A stretch of DNA of 60,641 bases, filler included. It is 6 parts of 6 records of this genome, joined end to end, with 100 filler letters (N's around TTAATTAATTAA, not from the genome) between each part and the next. Parts side by side here need not be neighbours in the genome. Positions count along the whole stretch, not along the records: positions 26,104 to 31,526 come from DRR723986_10509; positions 31,627 to 38,341 come from DRR723986_10512; positions 38,442 to 54,390 come from DRR723986_10518; 3 more parts are not named here. One strand, given 5' to 3'. Positions 29,718-39,333 of this stretch are shown piece after piece. The translations under genes and the position numbers were made by a program. The notes under the pieces were generated by a model. That model did no database searches and was not told where the DNA came from. It saw only the letters and a list, made by a program, of their open reading frames with translations. Each line of letters begins with the position of its first letter. The stretch's first letter is position 1.

Positions 29718-30941
29718 ATGACCAAGACTCATGTTGGCAGCCGCATTGCTGTCACCATCCTGTTCAGCTTGCTGTACCTCGCCTTCCTGCTGGAAACCGG
29801 CTTCCTGCTTGGGGAGTTCGGCGCTTCGGGCCTAGCCCTCCGGCTGGCCTCGCTGGACTCCCAGAACTTCATCTTCTTCCCGGTAGCCGGCCTGCTGGCG
29901 CTGGTCGCCTTCTGGCAGCCGGCCGTGTTGCTGGTCGATGCGATGTGGCGCGGCCAGCTGAAGTATGGGCGCATTGTGCTGGGGGCCAGCCTGCTGGTCG
30001 CCTTGCTCGGGGCATGGCTGATTTCAGATGCGTTTGAGTCCTCGGAGGCCCGGTCCGTTTTCGAAATCACGCCCAAAGCCCTGGCTGCGGATCGCGGCGT
30101 GCCTGCGTCAGCGCAGACGCCGCCGATTGCGCCGGTGAAGGAAGTGCTGGCCCGCATGCGCATCCTGTCGGGGGTCGACCGCGGCCTCGGCGAATACCAG
30201 GCCCAGTGCGATCAGGAATGGCTGCGCTATTCCGTGGCGGCCGATGCGGCATTGCTCTGTTTCCCGGCAGGGGAGCGCATGTCGATCCGCGACTGCTGCA
30301 CGGCCAAGGCGGAATTCCGCCAGCGGCTCAACAAGCTTGCTGCCCAATCCCCTTCGGTTACCGGGGCGGTGCACCGCTGGGTGCTGCCGGTGAAGGTTTT
30401 CTTCCTGCTGCTGCTGCTCGGCATCGGCATCCTGCTGGTGCAATACCGCAAGGGGCTGGAGCGCCTGCACGGGGCGACGCCGTCCGGCATTTCCTTCGGT
30501 CTCGCGCTGGGCGGATCGGTAATGCTGATCTGGCCGCTGCTGAACGCCGCGTATTTGCAGACCATGGCGCTGCTGACCGGGTCAGGTTCAGCGAGCGCCT
30601 ACACGATTGTCGCGCCGCTTGTGGCGCTCGGATTCGGTGTGTGGACGCTGCTGCTCGTCTTCTTCCATCTACGCTCCTATCCCAGCCAGATCGAATATGC
30701 CGCCAAGATCGGCGGCTTCGTCGTCGCGGCTGTGGGCGTGTTCCGGTACGAGGAAATCACGAACTATCTCGCCCGCACGCTCGGCATCGGCGGCGGGCTG
30801 GTGGCGATCATCGTGTTTGCGGTGGCCGTCGGCGCGCTCATCCTCTCTGTCGTCCTGGGCGTCGACCCGACGGACATTTTAGAAGACGAGGATGTCGAAG
30901 AGGCGGTGAAGAGCGTGGTTGAGACCGCCGGCGGGGATTAA
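29718..30941 (+). CDS. Hypothetical polytopic membrane protein with a Cys-containing soluble loop
   Basis: About 3 N-terminal and 5 C-terminal hydrophobic helices around a roughly 120-aa loop with four Cys. It has a GGGGAG RBS and native high-GC codon usage. Confidence 0.75.
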   Translation: MTKTHVGSRIAVTILFSLLYLAFLLETGFLLGEFGASGLALRLASLDSQNFIFFPVAGLLALVAFWQPAVLLVDAMWRGQLKYGRIVLGASLLVALLGAWLISDAFESSEARSVFEITPKALAADRGVPASAQTPPIAPVKEVLARMRILSGVDRGLGEYQAQCDQEWLRYSVAADAALLCFPAGERMSIRDCCTAKAEFRQRLNKLAAQSPSVTGAVHRWVLPVKVFFLLLLLGIGILLVQYRKGLERLHGATPSGISFGLALGGSVMLIWPLLNAAYLQTMALLTGSGSASAYTIVAPLVALGFGVWTLLLVFFHLRSYPSQIEYAAKIGGFVVAAVGVFRYEEITNYLARTLGIGGGLVAIIVFAVAVGALILSVVLGVDPTDILEDEDVEEAVKSVVETAGGD

Positions 30942-31525
30942 TTCCCCGTCGGCAGGCCTTGTTCCTTGGCCATGCGCTTCATGGCCTTTTGCAGTTTCTC
31001 GAAGGCGCGGACCTCGATCTGGCGGATGCGCTCGCGGGAGACATTGTATTCTTCCGACAGCTCTTCCAGCGTTTTCGGATCGTCCGTCAGGCGGCGCTCG
31101 GTCAGGATGTGGCGTTCGCGCTCGTTCAGGTCTTCCATGGCCGCGGAGAGGAGGTCCATCCGGGCATCGAATTCCTGCTGGTTGGCGAATTCCTCGGCCT
31201 GCCCCGGCTCGTCATCGGCCAGCCAGTCCTGCCATTCCATGTCGCCATCGGTGCCCATCGGCACGTTGAGCGAGGCATCCGAGCCGGACATGCGCCCGTT
31301 CATCGAATAGACTTCGCTTTCGGAGACGTTGAGCTTCTCGGCGATCAGCCTGGCCTGTTCCGGCTTCAGGTCGCCTTCTTCCAGGGCCTGCATCTCGCCC
31401 TTCAGGCGGCGCAAATTGAAGAACAGCTTCTTCTGCGCGGCCGTCGTGCCGAGCTTCACCAGGCTCCACGAGCGCAGGATGTATTCCTGGATCGCGGCGC
31501 GGATCCACCACATGGCATAGGTCGC
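30938..31525 (-). CDS. rpoH: RNA polymerase sigma-32 factor, 3' part
   Basis: RpoH box QKKLFFNLRR, WWIRAAIQEYILRSW and region 4 SRERIRQIE. Confidence 0.95.
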   Translation of the reverse strand, partial: ATYAMWWIRAAIQEYILRSWSLVKLGTTAAQKKLFFNLRRLKGEMQALEEGDLKPEQARLIAEKLNVSESEVYSMNGRMSGSDASLNVPMGTDGDMEWQDWLADDEPGQAEEFANQQEFDARMDLLSAAMEDLNERERHILTERRLTDDPKTLEELSEEYNVSRERIRQIEVRAFEKLQKAMKRMAKEQGLPTGN

Positions 31526-31526
31526 C

Positions 31527-31626
31527 NNNNNNNNNNNNNNNNNNNNNNNNNNNNNNNNNNNNNNNNNNNNTTAATTAATTAANNNNNNNNNNNNNNNNNN
31601 NNNNNNNNNNNNNNNNNNNNNNNNNN
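31527..31626. other. Artificial contig spacer
   Basis: N44-TTAATTAATTAA-N44. Confidence 0.99.
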
Positions 31627-31627
31627 C

Positions 31628-32107
31628 TATGTCACGCATGATCAGGTCGAGGCCATCACCATGGCCGATCAGGTGGTGCTTTTGAATGGTGGCCGGCTGG
31701 AGCAGGTGGCGAGCCCGCGGGATCTTTACGAAAAACCGGCAACGCCGTTTGCCGCCCGTTTCATCGGTACGCCGCCAATGAACCTCTTTCCGGCCAATGC
31801 CTTCAGGAAGCTGTGCACCGCGCCGGACTTCAAGCTCGGCCTGCGCCCGGAGGCAATGCATCTGGAAGACGGCGGCCCGGTCAACGCGTCTGTTCGTGCC
31901 GTCGAGTATCTGGGGGCGGATGTGCTGGCCGATTGCGAAGTTGCCGGCACCGGTTTTCAGGTGCGCCTTCCGGCCAGCCGGGCCTTCACGCCCGGCCAAT
32001 CCGTGCAGCTCGGCTTTTCGCCGGACGATCTTCATGTTTTCGACGCCGATACCGGCCGCCGCCGGGACGATCTCATTTCCGAGTTCGGAGCCTTGTTGCG
32101 CTCCTGA
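31628..32107 (+). CDS. Sugar/G3P ABC ATP-binding protein (MalK/UgpC-like), 3' part
   Basis: YVTHDQVEAITMAD, FIGTPPMN, GLRPE and VEYLG (TOBE domain). Confidence 0.9.
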   Translation, partial: YVTHDQVEAITMADQVVLLNGGRLEQVASPRDLYEKPATPFAARFIGTPPMNLFPANAFRKLCTAPDFKLGLRPEAMHLEDGGPVNASVRAVEYLGADVLADCEVAGTGFQVRLPASRAFTPGQSVQLGFSPDDLHVFDADTGRRRDDLISEFGALLRS

Positions 32108-32174
32108 CCTGCTGCGCACGCCCGCGTAGACCGACCGCAGACCTGCGGATTTTCGAACCTTAGGAAGTAAACTG

Positions 32175-33458
32175 ATGTTGAAGTCCACTTTCCTGAAAGC
32201 CGTTGCGGCAACGGCGCTTTCCTTCAGCACCTGGGCCTCCGCTCAGGCTGTTGATTTGCAATTCTATTTTCCGGTCGCCGTTGGCGGCAAGGCTGCTGAC
32301 ACCATCCAGGAACTGACCGACGCCTATGTTGCGCAGAACCCGGACGTTACAATCGACGCCGTTTATGCCGGCTCCTACCAGGACACCGTCGCCAAGGCGA
32401 TCACCGCTTCGCGCGGCGGCAACCCGCCCCAGCTTTCGGTGATCCTGTCTGCCGACATGTTCACCCTGATCGATGAGGATCTGATCCAGCCCTTCGACGA
32501 CTATCTGACCAGCGACGAAGACAAGAAATGGGTCGAAGGTTTTTATCCGGCATTCATGGAAAACAGCCAGACCGGCGGCAAGACCTACGGCATTCCGTTC
32601 CAGCGCTCCACGCCGGTGCTCTACTGGAACAAGGAAGCCTTCGAAGCGGCCGGGCTTGACCCGGAGGTCGCTCCGGCAACCTGGGACGAAATGGTCGAAT
32701 TCGGCAAGAAGCTGACGAAGAAAGACAACAACGGCAATGTCACCCAGTGGGGCGTGCGTATTCCGTCTTCCGGTTTCCCGTACTGGCTGTTCCAGGGCCT
32801 TGCCATCGAAAACGGCGCGATCCTGGCCAATGCCGACGGCAACAAGACCAACTTCGACGATCCCAAGGTGGTCGAGGCGCTGCAGTATCTTGTCGATCTC
32901 AGCACCAAGCACGAAGTGATGGCTCCGGGCATCATCGAGTGGGGCGCAACGCCGAAAGCCTTTTTCGAAGGCCAGACGGCCATGATGTGGACCTCCACCG
33001 GCAACCTCACCAACGTTCGTGACAATGCCCCGTTCAAGTTCGGCGTTGCCATGCTGCCGGAAAAGGCACAGCGCGGCGCACCGACCGGCGGTGGCAACTT
33101 CTACCTGTTCAAGGGGGCTTCCGACGAACAGAACAAGGCTGCCGTCAAGTTCGTTCAGTGGATCACGGCTCCGGAACAGTCCGCGAAGTGGACCATCGCA
33201 ACAGGCTACGTCGCTCCGCGCGCCGAAACCTGGGAAACCGACACGATGAAAGCCTATGCGGCTGATTTCCCGGCTGTCCTGGTTGCCCGCGACCAGCTGA
33301 ACTTCGCCAAGGCTGAACTGGCGACCTACCAGAACCAGCGCGTGACCGGCATCTTCAACGATGCGCTTGCTGCTGCCATCACCGGCCAGAAGGATGCCGA
33401 AACGGCTCTGAAGGAAGCTCAGGCACAGGCTGACGAGATCCTGAGCGAATACCGCTAA
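32175..33458 (+). CDS. ABC substrate-binding protein, UgpB-like
   Basis: Signal peptide, YGIPFQRSTPVLYWNK, PTGGGN and W..ATGY motifs. Confidence 0.88.
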   Translation: MLKSTFLKAVAATALSFSTWASAQAVDLQFYFPVAVGGKAADTIQELTDAYVAQNPDVTIDAVYAGSYQDTVAKAITASRGGNPPQLSVILSADMFTLIDEDLIQPFDDYLTSDEDKKWVEGFYPAFMENSQTGGKTYGIPFQRSTPVLYWNKEAFEAAGLDPEVAPATWDEMVEFGKKLTKKDNNGNVTQWGVRIPSSGFPYWLFQGLAIENGAILANADGNKTNFDDPKVVEALQYLVDLSTKHEVMAPGIIEWGATPKAFFEGQTAMMWTSTGNLTNVRDNAPFKFGVAMLPEKAQRGAPTGGGNFYLFKGASDEQNKAAVKFVQWITAPEQSAKWTIATGYVAPRAETWETDTMKAYAADFPAVLVARDQLNFAKAELATYQNQRVTGIFNDALAAAITGQKDAETALKEAQAQADEILSEYR

Positions 33459-33466
33459 CGCCATTC

Positions 33467-33504
33467 GGGGCGGAGCACCGGGTCCCACTCCGGTGTTCCG
33501 TCCC
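33467..33504 (+). terminator. Intercistronic stem-loop after the SBP gene (mRNA stabiliser/attenuator)
   Basis: GGGGCGGAGCACCGG-N8-CCGGTGTTCCGTCCC. Confidence 0.6.
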
Positions 33505-33578
33505 GTTCTCCAGACCTTTCGCCGTCCTAACCGCAATTTGCTTTAGGTCGGGTTTTTCTCCTTATCGGGGCCTAGACC

Positions 33579-34469
33579 ATGAAGCGGGGCATTGCCTTGA
33601 AACGCGACTGGATCCACGGCTGGCTGCTGTTGCTGCCGGCAATGGTGTTCCTGTTTGCCTTTACCCACATCCCCGCGGTCACGACGTTCCTGAACAGCTT
33701 CTTTTCCACCCCGCGCGGACGCCGCCCGGCCAAGTTCATCGGCCTATCCAATTATGAGCGCATGCTGGATGACCCGGTGTTCTGGAAAGTGCTCTGGAAC
33801 AACGTCTGGTTCGCCTTTGGCACCATTCCGGTCTCCGTTGGTCTGGCGATCGTCATGGCGCTCTGGGTCAACGACAGGCTGGTTGGCAGAAGCTTCGTGC
33901 GCATGGCCTATTTCACGCCGACCGTTCTGCCTCTGATCGCCGTCGCCAACATCTGGATGTTTTTCTACACGCCCGGCTTTGGCCTGGTCGACCAGATCAC
34001 CGGTGCCCTGTTTGGCTGGCCTGCCAGCAACTATCTCGGCAACCCGGACACCGCGCTCAACGCCATCATCGTGGTCACCGTCTGGAAGGAAGCGGGCTTC
34101 TTCATGATCTTTTACCTTGCGGCGCTGCAGGCAATCCCGGTCACGCTGAAGGAGGCCGCGCAGATCGAAGGCGCCGGGCGCTGGACGATCTTCTGGCGGA
34201 TCACCTTTCCACTCCTGATGCCGACGACCCTGTTCGTCTGCGTCAACGCGGTCATCAATTCCTTCCGCCTGGTGGACCATATCTTCATTTTGACGGACGG
34301 TGGGCCGGACAACGCTTCGGCACTGCTGCTGTTCTACATCTACGAGGTCGCCTTCCGCTTCTGGGAAACCGCCTATGGCGCAACGCTCACCGTCGCTCTT
34401 CTGGTGCTTCTGTCGCTGCTTGCCATCGGCCAGTTCTTCTTCTTCGACCGCAAGGTGCATTACAAATGA
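33579..34469 (+). CDS. Carbohydrate ABC permease (UgpA/MalF-like)
   Basis: Six TMs and the EAA loop EAAQIEGA. Confidence 0.92.
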   Translation: MKRGIALKRDWIHGWLLLLPAMVFLFAFTHIPAVTTFLNSFFSTPRGRRPAKFIGLSNYERMLDDPVFWKVLWNNVWFAFGTIPVSVGLAIVMALWVNDRLVGRSFVRMAYFTPTVLPLIAVANIWMFFYTPGFGLVDQITGALFGWPASNYLGNPDTALNAIIVVTVWKEAGFFMIFYLAALQAIPVTLKEAAQIEGAGRWTIFWRITFPLLMPTTLFVCVNAVINSFRLVDHIFILTDGGPDNASALLLFYIYEVAFRFWETAYGATLTVALLVLLSLLAIGQFFFFDRKVHYK

Positions 34470-35287
34470 CCGGCGCCGGCTTTTCCTTCGACAGGGTGCT
34501 CAACACCTTCGCTGCCTGGGCATTGGCACTGTTGTGGGTGCTGCCGCTGGCCTATGCCATCTGGACCGCGTTTCATCCGGCAGCCTATGAGGCACGGTTC
34601 GAGCTTCTTGCACCGCTGACACTCGACAATTTCGTAAAGGCCTGGGATGCGGCGCCCTTCGCCCGTTACTTCCTGAACACCTTCCTGCTGGTGTCGATGA
34701 TCCTTGCCGGGCAGTTTTTCCTCGGCACGCTGGCCGCCTTTGCCTTCGCCCGGTTCCAGTTTCCGGGGCGCAATATCCTCTTTACGCTTGTCTTGCTGCA
34801 GCTTCTGGTGATGCCGGACATCCTGATGGTGGAAAACTATCAGACCATGCGCATGCTCAATCTGGTGGACACCATCCCCGCCATCGCGCTGCCCTACATC
34901 GCGTCCGGCTTTGGCATCTTCCTGCTGCGGCAAACCTTCATGACCATCCCGAAGGAACTGGACGAGGCAGCGCGCATCGAGGGTGCTTCGGTTCTGGGCG
35001 TGTTGTGGCGGGTCTATATTCCGCTCGCAAAGCCGACCTATCTTGCCTATGGCCTCGTTTCCGTCAGTCACCACTGGAACAATTTCCTGTGGCCGCTGAT
35101 CGTGACCAACTCGGTGGACACCCGCCCGGTTACCGTCGGTCTCAGCATCTTCTCGGCCATCGACAGCGGGGTGGAATGGTCGGTCATCAATGCCGCAACG
35201 TTGATGACCTCCGGGCCGCTGCTGATCGCCTTTCTGCTGTTCCAGAGGCAGTTTGTCCAAAGCTTCATGCGCGCCGGCATCAAATAA
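34466..35287 (+). CDS. Carbohydrate ABC permease (UgpE/MalG-like)
   Basis: EAARIEGA, WNNFLWPL and the terminal GIK. Confidence 0.92.
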   Translation: MTGAGFSFDRVLNTFAAWALALLWVLPLAYAIWTAFHPAAYEARFELLAPLTLDNFVKAWDAAPFARYFLNTFLLVSMILAGQFFLGTLAAFAFARFQFPGRNILFTLVLLQLLVMPDILMVENYQTMRMLNLVDTIPAIALPYIASGFGIFLLRQTFMTIPKELDEAARIEGASVLGVLWRVYIPLAKPTYLAYGLVSVSHHWNNFLWPLIVTNSVDTRPVTVGLSIFSAIDSGVEWSVINAATLMTSGPLLIAFLLFQRQFVQSFMRAGIK

Positions 35288-35481
35288 AATTAATCCGAGA
35301 AACAGCAGAAACCGGGGATGAATGACCATCGTCCCGACGGCCAAACCGCTTTGGCAAGGGGCATAGACCTTTGTGCCACTTTTTAAGGCAGGGGCTTTTA
35401 TGCTAATGGATTTAAATCCCGGTTTTCTGCGGGGTTTTCACCATTAGTTTTTCTGATCCCCGAGCATCGAGGAGCTCTGCC

Positions 35482-36390
35482 GTGTCACTCAAATTCCTAG
35501 CCATTGGCGAATGTATGGTCGAGATGGCACCAACGGGTGAGGGCACCTATGCCATGGGGTTTGCCGGCGATACGCTCAACACCGCCTGGTATGCGCGCAA
35601 ATGCCTGCCTGCCGACTGGACCGTCGGCTATTACACTGCGGTTGGCCGCGATCAGGTGTCGGAGCAGATGCTTTCTTTCCTGAAAGAATCCGACCTGGAG
35701 ACGGCTGCCATCCAGAAGCGGGACGACCGGACCGTCGGCCTCTACATGATCCAGCTGAAGGACGGCGAACGCAGCTTCGCATACTGGCGTTCGCAATCGG
35801 CAGCCCGGTGTCTTGCCGCGGATGGGACACATCTTGCATCTGCGCTTAGTGGTGCGGGGTTGATCTATTTCAGCGGGATTACCCTTGCGATCCTTCCATC
35901 GGAAGACCGGGTAAAATTTCTGGACGCACTCAGAACCGCGCGAAAAGCCGGTGCCAAAACGGCGTTCGACCCGAACCTGCGTCCGCGTCTTTGGGAAGAT
36001 GCGGACACCATGCGGGCAAGTGTTACGGAAGCTGCCGGCTGCTGTGATTTCCTGATGCCGTCCTTCGAGGACGAGCTGGCCCATTTCGGTGATGCAACGC
36101 CAGACGTCAGCGCCGACCGCTATCTGGCAGCAGGGGCAGGCATGGTCGTGGTCAAGAACGGGCCGGAAGAGGTGATCTGCGCGGATGCCGTTTCCCGGCA
36201 GGCTTTCCAGCCAGCGCCGGTTTCCAGCATTGTCGATACGACTGCAGCCGGCGACAGCTTCAATGCGGCGTTTCTGGCGAAGTATCTTTCAGGGGGCGAC
36301 GTCCCGGCAAGCGTTGATGCCGGTGCACGTCTCGCCGGCAAGGTGATCCAGCACCGTGGTGCCCTCGTTGCCTGCCTCGAAGCTGCCTAA
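35482..36390 (+). CDS. kdgK: PfkB sugar kinase, 2-dehydro-3-deoxygluconokinase-like
   Basis: IGECMVE, GDTLNTA, GERSFAYWR, FDPNLRP.LW and DTTAAGDSFN motifs. Confidence 0.85.
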   Translation: MSLKFLAIGECMVEMAPTGEGTYAMGFAGDTLNTAWYARKCLPADWTVGYYTAVGRDQVSEQMLSFLKESDLETAAIQKRDDRTVGLYMIQLKDGERSFAYWRSQSAARCLAADGTHLASALSGAGLIYFSGITLAILPSEDRVKFLDALRTARKAGAKTAFDPNLRPRLWEDADTMRASVTEAAGCCDFLMPSFEDELAHFGDATPDVSADRYLAAGAGMVVVKNGPEEVICADAVSRQAFQPAPVSSIVDTTAAGDSFNAAFLAKYLSGGDVPASVDAGARLAGKVIQHRGALVACLEAA

Positions 36391-36625
36391 GGGTAAGTGC
36401 GTATGATTCGGCTGGTGATTGATTGCTTCAAGAAAAGGCGTTCAACCCAAAAGAGAATATATTGCGAATATTAACAGTATGATTTGGAAGCTGTTCCGAA
36501 TTCTTTCGCCAATATTTGCCTGAAAATAACTTTATGCGATGAAATTAAGCTTTCGTTCGCTCCTTGTCCTTACCCTACGTTCGGTTTTGATCGTTGGCTG
36601 AATGGGCCATCTGAGGGGGGCACGA

Positions 36626-38341
36626 ATGTTCTCAGGCATGCGTTTGTCGAAAAAGATTCCGGCGCTGGTTTTGGGCGCCGCTGCGGTGGTTGGCATCGGT
36701 GTCGGTGTAGAAAGCTACCTCACGTCTTCTGTGATCGTGAAAGAACTGACGAAGGAACGCCTTCAGACGGCTGCCGAGACTGGCGAAAAGGAAACAGTCG
36801 CCTATCTGCAGGCGATCGAACGCGAGCTCATTCTGACGGCTGAGCACCCTGGCACAGCAGCCGCTGTCCAGGATTTCGCCTCTGTTTGGGATTTCTGGAA
36901 AATGTCCGGCGGCAATCCGCAGGAAGAACTGCAAGCTGCGTATATCACCGGCAACCCGCATCCGACCGGCGAGAAACACAAGCTCGACCGGGCCGAGACC
37001 GGGTCGGCTTACGACGAGGTGCACGCCAAATATCACCCCTGGTTCCGAAAACTGCAGCAGGACCAGGGTTATTACGACGTGTTCCTGTTCGACGCCAAGG
37101 GCAACCTCGTCTACACGGTTTTCAAGGAACTAAATTACGCCACGAATTTCGAAAAGGGTGGTGGCCAGTGGGCGGATACCGACCTCGGCGAAGTCTACCG
37201 CAAGGCGATGGCGATCACCGCAGAGGACGAAGTCGCCTTTGAGGATTTTGCCGCCTATAAACCGAGCTTCGACGCCCCTGCCAGCTTCATGGCGCACCCG
37301 ATTCACGCGAACGGTGAAACGGTTGGTGTTCTGGCCTTCCAGATGCCGATCGACAAGATCAATTCTCTCATGAGCAGTGGTCTCGGGCTTGGAGAAACCG
37401 GTGAATTGGCTTTGATCGGCGAAGATCGCATGATGCGCAACGATACGCCGCTCACTGCCGACAAGAACGATATTCTGGCTACGGAACTGAGTGGGCCCGT
37501 CATCGACAAGGCCTTCGCGGAAGGCAGCGCCTTCGGCATGTCTACCTACTTTGGTGACGAACTGATGGACGTAGAAGCCGAGAAATTCACCTACCAGGGC
37601 AAGAACTTCGCCATCGTCGCCATGCAACCTTATGCAGAAGCCGTTACCCCGCTGACAGATATGCGCAACCGGATGGTCCTCGCCGGGCTCGCCTTGCTTG
37701 CGATTGCCGCTGCCCTTGGCTTCTTTGCAGCGCGCTCCGTAACAAAGCCGATCAACATGGTGGTCTCCGCCATGAACCGGCTTGCCGATGGGGACACACG
37801 CGTAGATACGGACGGTTCCGAGCGGGGCGACGAGATCGGCGACATGTTCAAGGCTGTGGCGATTTTCAAGGAAAACGCCATTCAGCGCCGTCATCTTGAA
37901 GACCAGGCCCGCAACGAACGTGACAGGGAACGCCAGCGCCAGGCTTTCCTGGAAGGGGTGATCACGGACTTCAAGTCGATCATGACTGATCGCCTGGCAA
38001 CCGTGTCCGACCAGATGGAACGGATGCGCGATGCTGCCACAACGCTGGAAGACCTGGCATCAAATGCGAAGTCTGAATCCGATCAGGCAGGTCACGCCTC
38101 CATCAGTGCTTCTGAAAACGTCGCCGCCGTTGCCGCCGCAACAGAAGAAATGACGGCCACGGTTCAGGAAATCGCCAACCAGACCGAAGCCACCACCCGC
38201 ATCGTTCTGGAGACCGTGGAAGCGGCGGAACAGACCAACCGCAACGTTCAGACGCTGTCGGAAGCCGCCGAGCATATCGGCAGCGTGGTCAATCTCATTC
38301 GCGATATCGCCGAGCAGACCAATCTTCTGGCGCTCAATGCC
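36626..38341 (+). CDS. Methyl-accepting chemotaxis protein (Cache-HAMP-MA), 3'-truncated
   Basis: Two TMs, periplasmic YYDVFLFD, HAMP (RGDEIG) and IAEQTNLLALNA. Confidence 0.93.
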
Positions 38342-38441
38342 NNNNNNNNNNNNNNNNNNNNNNNNNNNNNNNNNNNNNNNNNNNNTTAATTAATTAANNN
38401 NNNNNNNNNNNNNNNNNNNNNNNNNNNNNNNNNNNNNNNNN
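38342..38441. other. Artificial contig spacer
   Basis: N44-TTAATTAATTAA-N44. Confidence 0.99.
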
Positions 38442-38442
38442 C

Positions 38443-38583
38443 CGCGCCTCCCTGCGGCCCCGCCCCACGCCGGGCGCCGAACGCGGCTATCGCAAGCTGT
38501 TCATGGAAACGGTGCTGCAGGCGGACGAGGGCTGCGACTTCGACTTCCTCCGCCCCCCGGCCCTGCAACACGGCGCAGAGTAG
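38443..38583 (+). CDS. C-terminus of an IlvD/Edd-family (sugar-acid type) dehydratase
   Basis: Manual translation gives RGYRKLFMETVLQADEGCDFDFL...*, the typical terminus of pentonate dehydratase-like IlvD/Edd proteins. It is not in the ORF track. Confidence 0.75.
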   Translation, partial: RASLRPRPTPGAERGYRKLFMETVLQADEGCDFDFLRPPALQHGAE

Positions 38584-38736
38584 AGCGATCCCGGCACCGC
38601 AGCCGGTCGGTGGGAGGCCCGAAGGCAGTCGCCGACTAGCCCCCGGGCCCGAGGGGACAGGCCCCCTGCCCCGAGGCGAGGCACCCGTCGCCTTGCGCGT
38701 CGGGCGCCCGGGGTCAGGCCCGGACGCCCCGAGGGA

Positions 38737-39330
38737 TCACTCCGGGCAGGCCGCGCCGGTGTCGATCCACGCTTGCGTCAGCTCGCCGAAGATCTGCTGG
38801 CTGCCCGGCGCGGGGGTGCGTCCCTCTCCCGGCTCCCAGCCCCAGCCGACGAGCCCGTCCTCGGCGTTGTGCTCGTGCAGTTCCGCCAGCGTCTTGCCGC
38901 CATTGCGCTCCGGGTCCTTCAGCTGGGCGCAGATCTCCGCCCCGCTCTTGCCGATCCAGCCCATGCTGAGCGGCGCAAGCTGCCAAGGTTCATGCCCGGG
39001 GATCGACCCCTCGCCGGTCTCGAAGGCGACGTTCTCGGTCCCGTGGCAGGTGATGCAGCGCATCCCCGGCGCGCCGAAATCGGCCTCGCCGCGCACCACC
39101 GGCGGCTCGTGCATGGCCATGTCATCGCCCTGCCGGGGCGAGTTGTCGACCGGGTGGCAGTTCAGGCAGCGCGGGTGCTCGATCACCACCAGCATCTCTT
39201 CGAAGAGCGCGACCGAGCGTTCGGTCTCGTCCCCGATGCTGTCGAATTCATCGACCGTGCGCAGGCCGTCCACGGTCTCGGCCAAGGCGGGGGTGGCGCA
39301 AAGAAGCGCCGCGAGGATCAGTTTTCTCAT
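38737..39330 (-). CDS. Diheme c-type cytochrome subunit accompanying IorAB (isoquinoline 1-oxidoreductase-associated)
   Basis: Sec signal and two CxxCH motifs (CLNCH, CITCH), 3 bp downstream of iorB. Confidence 0.85.
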   Translation of the reverse strand: MRKLILAALLCATPALAETVDGLRTVDEFDSIGDETERSVALFEEMLVVIEHPRCLNCHPVDNSPRQGDDMAMHEPPVVRGEADFGAPGMRCITCHGTENVAFETGEGSIPGHEPWQLAPLSMGWIGKSGAEICAQLKDPERNGGKTLAELHEHNAEDGLVGWGWEPGEGRTPAPGSQQIFGELTQAWIDTGAACPE

Positions 39331-39333
39331 GGC

